This document shows, piece by piece, positions 8,814 to 17,227 of a DNA stretch of 32,000 nt. Origin of the DNA: Candidatus Saccharimonadota bacterium (GTDB lineage: Archaea > Nanobdellota > Nanobdellia > Pacearchaeales > GW2011-AR1); NCBI GenBank assembly GCA_041659445.1, contig JBAZYG010000001.1, positions 330,001 to 362,000 on the forward strand. Reading direction: 5' to 3'. Numbering within the stretch: position 1 is the first letter of the stretch; every line of letters starts with the position of its first letter. The position numbers were made by a program, and so were the translations under genes. A model generated the notes under the pieces. The model searched no databases and was not told the DNA's origin. It was given only the letters and a program-made list of their open reading frames with translations.

Positions 8814-9014
8814 TTAAGGTAGCTTTTGTTCTAGAAATTTATCTATTTCTTGATAGAAAATTTTTCTTGTTAAAGGAATATTTCCGACACTTGAATAACC
8901 GAGGACATCATTTAAATTTCCATAATGAAGAGATAGTTCTTTGAAATTTGTATTTATTGTATTAATTAAATGTATATCTTCAGAACTTAATCTTTTTTTA
9001 TCTTCTAAACCCAT
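8814..9014 (-). CDS. Hypothetical small protein (66 aa)
   Basis: The ORF is preceded by the conserved 18-nt promoter module at 9033..9050, with TATA 29 nt from the ATG. Confidence 0.4.
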   Translation of the reverse strand: MGLEDKKRLSSEDIHLINTINTNFKELSLHYGNLNDVLGYSSVGNIPLTRKIFYQEIDKFLEQKLP

Positions 9015-9032
9015 TATTCTTTCAAGTATCTT

Positions 9033-9050
9033 TTATTTTTAAAGATTTAT
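9033..9050 (-). promoter_or_regulatory. BRE/TATA promoter module ATAAATCTTTAAAAATAA, copy 1 of 3
   Basis: Exact 18-mer read on the minus strand. TTTAAAAA starts 29 nt upstream of the ATG at 9014. Confidence 0.55.
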
Positions 9051-9058
9051 ATTTTGAA

Positions 9059-10246
9059 TTAAATTTTAACTATTAAATAAACATCATCGTTCTTTTTGAC
9101 AACAGAAGGAACTTTTATTGCAATTTCTTGAAATTTTTTTGCGTTTAAGATGTTTTTATTTTTGAATTGCATGCTAGCTATTTTGAAATTAATAATTCCA
9201 ATTTCTTTTCCTATAATACAAACTTCGTCATTAATTTTTAAATCTGAAACAAGCTTAATTGTTGCAACTGAAATTTTTGGATAATAATGCAATACTTTTC
9301 CAACAAAATGTTTTTTTGATGTTGCTGCACTGTGTTCTATTTTTGCAAAATCATCGTTTGTTGGAGTCCCTAAATAAAATCCCGAAGAGAATTCTCGATT
9401 GTAAACTTTTTTTAATTCTTCAATAAATTCTGAGATTTGCTCTTTTGTCAAAGGTTTTTTTGAATCCAATGCTTTTCGATAGACTCTAACAACAACATCT
9501 ACATATCGTGCATCTCTATTTCTTCCTTCTATTTTAAATGCTTTAATTCCAGAATTTTTTAATTTATCAATAAAAGGCAAGGTGCATAAATCTTTTGCAG
9601 ACATTACTTTATTATTTTCTAATTTTAATTCATAACCTTCTTGTAAATCCTTAACTAAATAACTTCTTCTACAAGGATGCAGGCATTGCCCACGATTTGC
9701 AGATTTTCCGAAGAGAAACTGAGAAGTAAAGCATCTTCCTGATTCAGCGACGCACATTGCTCCATGAATAAAACATTCAACATCTATTGATTTGGATATT
9801 TTTTTTATTTGCTCTAAAGAAAGTTCTCTTGCTAAAACAACTCTTTCTGCTCCGAGTTTTTTATAAAATTCTGCTGACTTAGAATTTGCAACTGAAGCTT
9901 GAGTTGAAATATGAAATGGAATTTTATACTTTTTACATAAAGAAATCACAGATAAATCCCAGCAAATTACTGCATCAACTTTGTTTTTTATTTTTTTAAT
10001 TACACTTTCTATTTTGCTTAATTCAGAATCATAAATTATTGTATTTAATGTCAAATATCTTTTGATTTTTTTTGGTTTGCAAAATTTTTCAATTTTATCT
10101 AAATCGTTTATTGAAAAATTTCCTGCATTTGCACGCATTGAAAATTCTTTTAATCCAAAATAAACTGCATCTGCTCCTGCATTTATTGCTGAAACTAACA
10201 TAGGGAAATTTCCTACTGGAGCTAAAAGTTCATATTTTTTATTCAT
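9059..10246 (-). CDS. Peptidase U32 family protein (collagenase-like; RlhA/TrhP-type family)
   Basis: Typical U32 N-terminus ELLAPVGNFPMLVSAINAGADAVYFG, plus LARELSLEQI, CFIHGAMCVAESGRCFTS and KIEGR blocks. Confidence 0.8.
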   Translation of the reverse strand: MNKKYELLAPVGNFPMLVSAINAGADAVYFGLKEFSMRANAGNFSINDLDKIEKFCKPKKIKRYLTLNTIIYDSELSKIESVIKKIKNKVDAVICWDLSVISLCKKYKIPFHISTQASVANSKSAEFYKKLGAERVVLARELSLEQIKKISKSIDVECFIHGAMCVAESGRCFTSQFLFGKSANRGQCLHPCRRSYLVKDLQEGYELKLENNKVMSAKDLCTLPFIDKLKNSGIKAFKIEGRNRDARYVDVVVRVYRKALDSKKPLTKEQISEFIEELKKVYNREFSSGFYLGTPTNDDFAKIEHSAATSKKHFVGKVLHYYPKISVATIKLVSDLKINDEVCIIGKEIGIINFKIASMQFKNKNILNAKKFQEIAIKVPSVVKKNDDVYLIVKI

Positions 10247-10286
10247 AAAAAATAAAGATAAAGAGAGTTTTTAAGATTGCCTAAAC

Positions 10287-10520
10287 TTAACGAACCAAAA
10301 GAAATTGTTCTAAGTTTTTAATTTCTAAATTATAAGCAGGAGTTTCATCATGGTGTAATTCTTTTATAGAATATTTACCTTTTTCTTTGTCATAACTAAC
10401 TATTTTCCCATAAACCCATCTTATAGAACTATCTTTTATTAAAACCTCTTCATTCAAAGAATTTAAAATTAGTAATTTTTTAGAATCTTCATTTTTAATT
10501 GGTTCTTCTATAAATCTCAT
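10287..10520 (-). CDS. Hypothetical small protein (77 aa)
   Basis: The ORF is preceded by the conserved 18-nt promoter module at 10539..10556, with TATA 29 nt from the ATG. Confidence 0.4.
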   Translation of the reverse strand: MRFIEEPIKNEDSKKLLILNSLNEEVLIKDSSIRWVYGKIVSYDKEKGKYSIKELHHDETPAYNLEIKNLEQFLLVR

Positions 10521-10538
10521 AAAAAGATTAGAATAAGT

Positions 10539-10556
10539 TTATTTTTAAAGATTTAT
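10539..10556 (-). promoter_or_regulatory. BRE/TATA promoter module ATAAATCTTTAAAAATAA, copy 2 of 3
   Basis: Exact 18-mer. TTTAAAAA starts 29 nt upstream of the ATG at 10520. Confidence 0.55.
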
Positions 10557-10571
10557 GTGTTAAAATGAAAA

Positions 10572-10871
10572 TTATTTTTTTTTGTAAATTGCATTACATT
10601 TGTAATAATAAAGCATTAAAAACCCTTTTTCATCACTAAAAGAATAAGTTTCTTCTAGGTTATCGTTTGGGTCTAACTTTACTTTTCCAATTAATTCTCC
10701 ATTGGCATCATCTTCTATTTTCACAACACAATTATTTAGTTCTCCTTCAATTAATTTTTTTAATTTTTTTTCAAATTTGCTATCTTCTAAAATAGATTCT
10801 TCTAATTCGTTCAAATTGGATTCTTTTTTAGATAAAATTTCTGGTCTTTTTAATAAAAGTTCCCAAGCCAT
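10572..10871 (-). CDS. Hypothetical small acidic protein (99 aa)
   Basis: The ORF is preceded by the conserved 18-nt promoter module at 10890..10907, with TATA 29 nt from the ATG. Confidence 0.4.
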   Translation of the reverse strand: MAWELLLKRPEILSKKESNLNELEESILEDSKFEKKLKKLIEGELNNCVVKIEDDANGELIGKVKLDPNDNLEETYSFSDEKGFLMLYYYKCNAIYKKK

Positions 10872-10889
10872 GAATTTTTTAGATATAAC

Positions 10890-10907
10890 TTATTTTTAAA
10901 GATTTAT
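10890..10907 (-). promoter_or_regulatory. BRE/TATA promoter module ATAAATCTTTAAAAATAA, copy 3 of 3, back-to-back with the + strand TATA of the PP-loop gene
   Basis: Exact 18-mer. TTTAAAAA starts 29 nt upstream of the ATG at 10871. On the + strand, TTTATATA at 10903..10910 lies 29 nt upstream of the ATG at 10932. Confidence 0.55.
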
Positions 10908-10931
10908 ATACTGAAAAACCTAAATTTTCTC

Positions 10932-11759
10932 ATGGAAGATATAATTTTAAAAATTGAAAAACAAGTTAAAGAAACAATTTTTAAATACAAAATTTGTAAT
11001 AAAAAAGAGAAAATTTTAATAGCTTTGTCTGGAGGAAAAGATTCTACATTAACTGCATATCTTTTGAAAAAATTTGGATATAATATTGAAGGATTTCATA
11101 TTAATTTGGGATTAGGAGAATATAGCGATAGATGTGAAAATGCAATAAAAGAGTTTTGCAATGAAAATAAAATAAAATTTCATGTTTATGATATTAAAAA
11201 AGAAATGGGTTCAAGAATGTGTTATATACGACAAGGTGTGCAGTCCAAAATAAAATTAACAAATTGTGCTGTTTGTGGAGTTATAAAAAAATCAATCATG
11301 AACAAAGAAGCAAGAAAATTAAAAGTAGACAAAATTGCAACAGGGCATAATTTAGACGACGAAGTTCAAACATTTTTAATAAATATTTTCAAAGGTAGTC
11401 CAAAACTTTCTTCAAATTCAGGACCAATTTCAAGAAACAATCCTGATGAAAAATTCATTCCAAGAATTAAACCCTTGTTTTTTGTTTTAGAAGATGATAT
11501 TAGAGAATATGTTAAAAAAAAGAAACTAAAGATAATTCCTCAACCTTGTCCTTGCGGAATTGATTCTTACAGAATACAAGTTAGAAAATTTTTAAATACT
11601 ATTTCTGAAAAACAAAAAAGAAACATAATCCAAAGTTTTGAAGAATTATATGAAAGAATTGAAAAAAATCAGGACAATAGAATAAATTATTGCAAAAACT
11701 GTGGAGAACCTTCTAGGAATGAATTATGTAGGAAATGTATTTTACTAAAAAATAAATAA
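10932..11759 (+). CDS. PP-loop ATPase, tRNA 2-thiolation family (TtuA/NcsA/TtcA-like)
   Basis: PP-loop SGGKDS in ALSGGKDSTL, then GHNLDDEVQTFLIN. Cys pairs are CAVCG, PCPCG and C-terminal CKNCG...CRKC. Confidence 0.75.
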   Translation: MEDIILKIEKQVKETIFKYKICNKKEKILIALSGGKDSTLTAYLLKKFGYNIEGFHINLGLGEYSDRCENAIKEFCNENKIKFHVYDIKKEMGSRMCYIRQGVQSKIKLTNCAVCGVIKKSIMNKEARKLKVDKIATGHNLDDEVQTFLINIFKGSPKLSSNSGPISRNNPDEKFIPRIKPLFFVLEDDIREYVKKKKLKIIPQPCPCGIDSYRIQVRKFLNTISEKQKRNIIQSFEELYERIEKNQDNRINYCKNCGEPSRNELCRKCILLKNK

Positions 11760-11776
11760 AAAATTAAAAAATAAAT

Positions 11777-12070
11777 TTATCTTCTCTTTTTTGATTTAGA
11801 AGATTTATGGGATTTTTTTGAAACTGGTTTTTCATTGTTTTTTGTTTTCATGCCCAATTTAGAAAATACAAAGATATACAATATTTCTAAGATACCTAAA
11901 GTATTAACAATTCCCAACACAATAAACCAAACAATACTTTTGTGCCTTGCAGATTTCCACAATGCAACTAATTTCCATGCAAGAGACCAAACAAGTAAAA
12001 TTACAGTTAGCCAAATTGGAAATCCCAAATTCAAACCATAACTTGTAAAATAATTTAAATCCATTTTCAC
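11777..12070 (-). CDS. Small two-TM membrane protein with a basic C-terminal tail
   Basis: Two hydrophobic helices (FPIWLTVILLVWSLAWKLVALW and IVWFIVLGIVNTLGILEILYIFVF), then KSHKSSKSKKRR. GGAGGTG lies 4 nt upstream of the ATG. Confidence 0.55.
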   Translation of the reverse strand: MKMDLNYFTSYGLNLGFPIWLTVILLVWSLAWKLVALWKSARHKSIVWFIVLGIVNTLGILEILYIFVFSKLGMKTKNNEKPVSKKSHKSSKSKKRR

Positions 12071-12192
12071 CTCCTAATAAAATAAAGAAAATCTTTCTTT
12101 TAAAACTTACCTAAAAAAATATTTTTGTTTGTTACTTTTTTTTAATAGTCCAAAATGTTTAAATAGAAAAATGTTTTTTAGGTTTTCTAAAA

Positions 12193-12239
12193 ATACAATT
12201 AATAGTATGAAAAAGAGGCAAATATACAACATATTGTAT
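12193..12239 (+). promoter_or_regulatory. Two tandem NrdR-box-like palindromes overlapping the nrdR-nrdJ promoter
   Basis: Box 1 is ATACAACATATTGTAT (12224..12239; arms ATACAA/TTGTAT). Box 2 is ATACAATTAATAGTAT (12193..12208). Both resemble the published 16-bp NrdR-box consensus acaCwAtATaTwGtgt. Centre-to-centre spacing is 31 bp. Confidence 0.6.
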
Positions 12240-12251
12240 GTATAAAAATAA

Positions 12252-12689
12252 ATGAACTGTCCATTTTGCTCATATACAACATCTAGAGTAACAGATAAAA
12301 GAGAATCTCCTGGAGGGATAAGAAGGCGAAGAGAATGTCTAAAATGTAAAAAGAGATTCACAACTTACGAAAAAATTGAAAAATCAGATTTATATGTTAT
12401 AAAAAAAGATGGTAGAAGAGAAAAATTCGAAATAGAAAAAATACAAAGAGGTGTTGAAAAAGCTTTTGAAAAAAGACCAGTTTCAATTGAGAAAATTTCA
12501 AAGATGATAAACGAAATTGAAGAAGCAATAAGAAAAAGAGGGAAAAAAGAAATATCTAGTTCAATTATAGGTGATTTAGTATCTAAAAAAATAAAAAGGT
12601 TGGATAAAGTAGCATATGTGCGGTTTGCATCAGTTTACCGTGATTTCAAAGACATAAGTGATTTCAAAAAAGAAATAAAAGAATTATAA
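12252..12689 (+). CDS. nrdR: Transcriptional repressor NrdR (zinc ribbon plus ATP-cone)
   Basis: The N-terminal zinc ribbon is MNCPFCSYTTSRVTDKRE...RRRRECLKCKKRFTTYE. The ATP-cone-like remainder includes VIKKDGRREKF and AYVRFASVYRDF. Its stop overlaps the nrdJ ATG (TAATG). Confidence 0.9.
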   Translation: MNCPFCSYTTSRVTDKRESPGGIRRRRECLKCKKRFTTYEKIEKSDLYVIKKDGRREKFEIEKIQRGVEKAFEKRPVSIEKISKMINEIEEAIRKRGKKEISSSIIGDLVSKKIKRLDKVAYVRFASVYRDFKDISDFKKEIKEL

Positions 12690-15379
12690 TGACGAACACA
12701 CTAGAAAAAAAAGTTTATACTCGTGAAGAAGCTGTAAAAAATGCTTTAGAATATTTCAAAGGAGATCAATTGGCTGCTGATGTTTGGGCAAATAAATATG
12801 CCTTAAAAGATTCTCAGGCAAGAATATACGAATCAAACCCTAATGAAATGCACGTTAGACTTGCAAAAGAAATTGCAAAAATTGAAACAAAATATCCTAG
12901 TCCAAACTCTTTATCTGAAAAACAAATTTATGATTTATTAAAAGATTTCAAATATATAATACCAGGAGGAAGCAACATGTCTGGAATTGGAAATGATATG
13001 CAAATAGTTTCTTTATCAAATTGTTTTGTTATAGGATATAATGAAAATTCTTCTGATTCTTATGGAAGCATACTGATGGTTGATCAAGAGCAAGTTCAAT
13101 TAATGAAAAGAAGAGGAGGAGTAGGACATGATTTATCTTATATAAGACCAGAAGGATTACCTGTTAAAAATTCTGCACTAACTTCAACAGGAGTTATTCC
13201 TTTTATGATGAGATACTCTAATTCAACAAGAGAAGTTGCACAAGATGGAAGAAGAGGAGCTTTGATGTTAAGTTTACATATAAAACATCCAGAAGCAGAG
13301 AAATTTATTGATGCAAAATTAGAACAAGGAAAAATTACTGGAGCAAACATATCTGTTAAAATAGACGATGAATTTATGTATGCTGTTAAAAACGGAACAA
13401 AATATATTCAACAATTTCCAATTAACTCTGAGAATCCTATTGTTAAAAAAGAAATTGATGCTAAAGAATTATGGAATAAAATTATTCATAATGCATGGAA
13501 ATCTGCAGAACCAGGAATTTTATTTTGGGATACTATAAAAAGAGAGTCTATTCCAGATGTTTATGCTGATGAAGGTTTTAAAACAGTTTCAACAAACCCT
13601 TGTGGAGAAATCCCGCTATGCCCTTATGATTCCTGTAGATTGACTTCATTAAACTTATTTAGTTACATAGAAAATCCTTTCACAAAAGAAGCCACATTTA
13701 ACTATGAACTTTTTAAAGATCATGCAAAAAAAACTATGAGGATAATGGACGATATAATTGATTTGGAATTAGAAAAAATTGATAAAATTTTAGATAAAGT
13801 TGGTTCTGACCCAGAAGAGGAAGAAGTAAAAAGAATTGAAAAAAATTTATGGTTAAAAATAAAAAACAAAGCAATTCAAGGAAGAAGGGCAGGAATAGGA
13901 ATTACTGCAGAAGGAGATATGCTCGCAGCAATGGGATTAACTTATGGAACTCCTGAAGCGACAAAATTTTCAACAGAAATTCATAAAATGTTAGCATTAG
14001 AAATTTATAGAAGTTCAGTAGATTTGGCTGAAGAAAGAGGAGCTTTTCCAATTTATAATGCAGAAAAAGAAAAAGACAATCCTTTTATTAATAGAATTAA
14101 AGAAGCAGACCCTGAACTTTACAAGAGAATGGTTGAACATGGAAGAAGAAATATCTCTGCATTAACTATTGCTCCAAATGGTTCTGTAAGTATTGTTGCA
14201 CAAACAACTTCAGGAATTGAACCTGCATTTTTAATGGGTTATCAAAGAAAAGTAAAAGTTGAAAAAAATAATAAAGGATTTGAAATAGACTTTACCGACG
14301 AACAAGGAGATGATTGGCATGTTTATGGAAATGTATTTCACCCTAAATTTAAGGAGTGGATGAAAAAAAATTTATCTATTGAAGAAATTGAAAAAATCAA
14401 TAACATAAAAGATGAAAATGAATTTAAAGATATAATATATGAATTGCAAAAAAAATCACCATATAGTCATGCAACTTCTGAAGATGTAGATTGGGTTGAG
14501 AAAGTCAACATGCAAGGAACAATTCAGAAATGGGTTGATCACTCAATAAGTGCTACAACAAACATGCCAGAAAATGTTTCAGAGAATATTGTTGCACAAG
14601 CATACATGAAAGCTTGGGAATCAGGATGTAAAGGACATACTATTTATAGAGAAGGTTCAAGAGAGGGTATTTTAAGTTCTAAGAAAGATAAAAATTTAGA
14701 AGAAAAAGTTACTCTTGTTCAAAAGAATGTAAAACCACATCCATTATTAGATATAAAACCTCAATCAATAAAGTATAAGGTAAAAAGACAAACAGATAGA
14801 CTTCACATGATTCCGACTAGTGATTTGTATGTTGATGATAAAAATAAACTTGCTTATTTTTTACCTGATGAAAGTTTTACAAATAGATTACCTCCAGGAA
14901 CTCCAACAAGTGCAAGCTTTACAACTGAAGGTATACTTTTATCACAAGCATTTAGGGGAGCAGATCCAGATTATGTAGGATTAATCGAAATTTTACAATC
15001 TATTTCTTCAGATGAAAGTGAGGGAATTGGCCCAAGAAAAATAAAATCAATAGAACATGGAATGGGAATTGTATTAGAACATTATTTATTAACAAATGGA
15101 GTAATAGAAAGAGATTCTCTATCAAATAAATTAACTCAAGTTGTAAGAAAAAAAGATTTAAGAAAAGTTGAACCAGGAACAGAAGAATATTCTTCTATCC
15201 TATCTCAAGTAAGAGTTGGAGATAATGAACAAGCAGTTATTGTTAGTGGAAATAACGGAAAATTAGACAAAAAATTTATATGTAATCTTTGTGGATGTGA
15301 AAAACCTACTTTTAAAGATGGATGTAATTCTCCTGTATGTTCTAAATGTGGAAATGATAATGGTGTTGGTTGCGGTTAG
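12689..15379 (+). CDS. nrdJ: Class II (adenosylcobalamin-dependent) ribonucleotide reductase
   Basis: Active-site block TNPCGEIPL, plus GGVGHDLSYIRPEG, GILFWDT, TIAPNGS and TIYREGSREGIL. The Cys-rich C-terminal tail is CNLCGCEKPTFKDGCNSPVCSKCGNDNGVGCG. Confidence 0.9.
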   Translation: MTNTLEKKVYTREEAVKNALEYFKGDQLAADVWANKYALKDSQARIYESNPNEMHVRLAKEIAKIETKYPSPNSLSEKQIYDLLKDFKYIIPGGSNMSGIGNDMQIVSLSNCFVIGYNENSSDSYGSILMVDQEQVQLMKRRGGVGHDLSYIRPEGLPVKNSALTSTGVIPFMMRYSNSTREVAQDGRRGALMLSLHIKHPEAEKFIDAKLEQGKITGANISVKIDDEFMYAVKNGTKYIQQFPINSENPIVKKEIDAKELWNKIIHNAWKSAEPGILFWDTIKRESIPDVYADEGFKTVSTNPCGEIPLCPYDSCRLTSLNLFSYIENPFTKEATFNYELFKDHAKKTMRIMDDIIDLELEKIDKILDKVGSDPEEEEVKRIEKNLWLKIKNKAIQGRRAGIGITAEGDMLAAMGLTYGTPEATKFSTEIHKMLALEIYRSSVDLAEERGAFPIYNAEKEKDNPFINRIKEADPELYKRMVEHGRRNISALTIAPNGSVSIVAQTTSGIEPAFLMGYQRKVKVEKNNKGFEIDFTDEQGDDWHVYGNVFHPKFKEWMKKNLSIEEIEKINNIKDENEFKDIIYELQKKSPYSHATSEDVDWVEKVNMQGTIQKWVDHSISATTNMPENVSENIVAQAYMKAWESGCKGHTIYREGSREGILSSKKDKNLEEKVTLVQKNVKPHPLLDIKPQSIKYKVKRQTDRLHMIPTSDLYVDDKNKLAYFLPDESFTNRLPPGTPTSASFTTEGILLSQAFRGADPDYVGLIEILQSISSDESEGIGPRKIKSIEHGMGIVLEHYLLTNGVIERDSLSNKLTQVVRKKDLRKVEPGTEEYSSILSQVRVGDNEQAVIVSGNNGKLDKKFICNLCGCEKPTFKDGCNSPVCSKCGNDNGVGCG

Positions 15380-15452
15380 ATATATTTTTATCAAAATTTA
15401 ATTTATAAAAGAGAACAACAATTCTTAAAAAGGAATGAATTAATTTGAATTT

Positions 15453-16574
15453 ATGAGAAGAGGAGTTCTTCCTGATTGGAAAATAAGAGAATTCATAAAA
15501 GAAGGAATTATTTGCAATGCAGATGTAAATCTTGTTAATCCGAGTAGTCTTGATTTAAGAATAGGGTTTGATAAATGGAAACTTGTTGGAAGTTTTCTTC
15601 CTCTTCGAGAACAAAACATAAAAAAAATATTAAGTTCCAGAGAAATTGTAGACGATCATTCTTCAAAAGAACAATTTTATGTCGAATACCTTCAATCTTA
15701 TGTAATGCAACTTGTAGAAAGTCTTAATTTACCGAATACAATCAGTGCAAAAATGTTCAATAAATCTGGAAGAGGGAGAATTGGAATATCTGCTAAAGGA
15801 TTAACTGATGGCTGTTCTCAATTTGATTACATAAAAAATGGATATCAAGGAGATTTATATTCTGAAATTACTGCTACAAGTTTTCCATTAGTAATTCATT
15901 CAGGCATAACTCCTATTCCCCAAATAAGATTTTATGAAGGAAATCCTGAACCAATAGCTGGGTCAGATTTAGAATTATTATTAAGAAAACACCCTATATT
16001 AACAGACGATAATGGAAACCAGTCTTACGATGAAATTGAAAAAGAAGAAATGATTAGAACAGGAAAACTAACTTTTACAGCAGACATTCCAAAAAGAGGT
16101 TTGCTTGCATATATTGCAAAAAGAGACAGAAGAACAATTGATTTATCTAAAAAAGGAAATTATGTGCCTAAAGAATATTATGATGAAATAAAAAACAAAA
16201 ACAATTCAGGATTAATTATAATTCATCCAGGAGATTTTGTTTTAGTTAATTCTAAACAAAACATAAGGCTTCCTCCAACAGTTGCAGCAGAAATCGACGA
16301 ATATTCTCCTGAATTAGGAGACATGAAATCTCATTATGCAGGTTTGATAAATGCTTCTCATGGATATGATCCAAAAAATCCAAATGTTCCGTCACATATA
16401 GTTTTTGAAATTAGAGCAAGAGATGTTCCAATAATACTTCAAGACAACCAATCATTGGCAAAATTTAATTTGTATAATATGTTATATGAACCAGAAGAAA
16501 GATATATGGATAAAAAAAGCACTGGATTTAAGGATTTAAAATCCATCTTGCCAAATGTGTTCAACAAAAAGTAA
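15453..16574 (+). CDS. dcd: Long-form dCTP deaminase with tandem dUTPase-fold domains
   Basis: The N-terminus LPDWKIREFIKEG...NPSSLDLRIG is Dcd-like. There are two Dcd-type core blocks: GRGRIGIS...GYQGDLYSEITA and SHYAGLINASHGYDP...HIVFEIRA. The acidic residue of the xxE motif is kept in both. CTTAAAAA lies 29 nt upstream of the ATG. Confidence 0.7.
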   Translation: MRRGVLPDWKIREFIKEGIICNADVNLVNPSSLDLRIGFDKWKLVGSFLPLREQNIKKILSSREIVDDHSSKEQFYVEYLQSYVMQLVESLNLPNTISAKMFNKSGRGRIGISAKGLTDGCSQFDYIKNGYQGDLYSEITATSFPLVIHSGITPIPQIRFYEGNPEPIAGSDLELLLRKHPILTDDNGNQSYDEIEKEEMIRTGKLTFTADIPKRGLLAYIAKRDRRTIDLSKKGNYVPKEYYDEIKNKNNSGLIIIHPGDFVLVNSKQNIRLPPTVAAEIDEYSPELGDMKSHYAGLINASHGYDPKNPNVPSHIVFEIRARDVPIILQDNQSLAKFNLYNMLYEPEERYMDKKSTGFKDLKSILPNVFNKK

Positions 16575-16645
16575 TTCTCGACAACAATAATATTTAAAAA
16601 AGAATTTAACCCTTATGAAATATTAAAACAATAAAAGAGAGAAAA

Positions 16646-17227
16646 ATGATATTATCAGCACTTAAAGTTTTAGAATTAAATAAAAAATACAATTTAATTG
16701 AAAATTTATCAGAAAGAGAATTAGAAAATCCAGAAGGAACCATTTTAGATTTAAGAATTGGACAAATTCATAAAATAATTGGAGAAAGTTTTTTAGGGAT
16801 TCAAGAAAGATATTCTTCAAAAATTGAAACAATTGGAGATGTAAATAAAGACGGAAACAAAAAATTCACAATAAAACCTGGTGAATTTTTTCTTGTTACA
16901 ACAATAGAAATAATTTCTTCTCCTGCTGAAAAAATAAAATATGATGCTTCTTTTCCAGAAGGATACATTATTCCAAAAATTTTTCCAAGAACTTCTTTAC
17001 AAAGAGGAGGATTAAGTTTGCATTGCAGTAATACTAATCCAGGATATAAAGGACAATTAACATTTGGAATAAAAAATCAAGGCGATCAAGATTTTGTATT
17101 TGAATTAGGAGCAAGAATGTTTAGCATTGAATATGTTGCAGTTGTTGGAGAAATTAAAAGAATTTATTCTGGACAACATCAAGGTGGAAGAGTTACAAGC
17201 GACGGAAAAAAAGAGGTTCAAAATTAA
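16646..17227 (+). CDS. dCTP deaminase/dUTPase-family paralogue with a degenerate active site
   Basis: Family blocks LDLRIGQ, PRTSLQRGGLSLH and NPGYKGQLTFGIKNQG, with C-terminal YSGQHQGGRVTS. At the canonical ID-PG...LE positions this protein reads TN-PG...FG. Confidence 0.7.
   Translation: MILSALKVLELNKKYNLIENLSERELENPEGTILDLRIGQIHKIIGESFLGIQERYSSKIETIGDVNKDGNKKFTIKPGEFFLVTTIEIISSPAEKIKYDASFPEGYIIPKIFPRTSLQRGGLSLHCSNTNPGYKGQLTFGIKNQGDQDFVFELGARMFSIEYVAVVGEIKRIYSGQHQGGRVTSDGKKEVQN

Noticed and set aside
14700-15270. A possible intein or foreign insertion in NrdJ, because about 230 aa follow the TIYREGSREGIL block and RNR genes are frequent intein hosts.
   Set aside because: The region (KPHPLLDIKPQSIKYKV...ILLSQAFRGADPDYVGLIEILQSISSD...KSIEHGMGIVLEHY) resembles the normal C-terminal domain of class II RNRs. 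I see no intein splice-junction residues or homing-endonuclease motifs.
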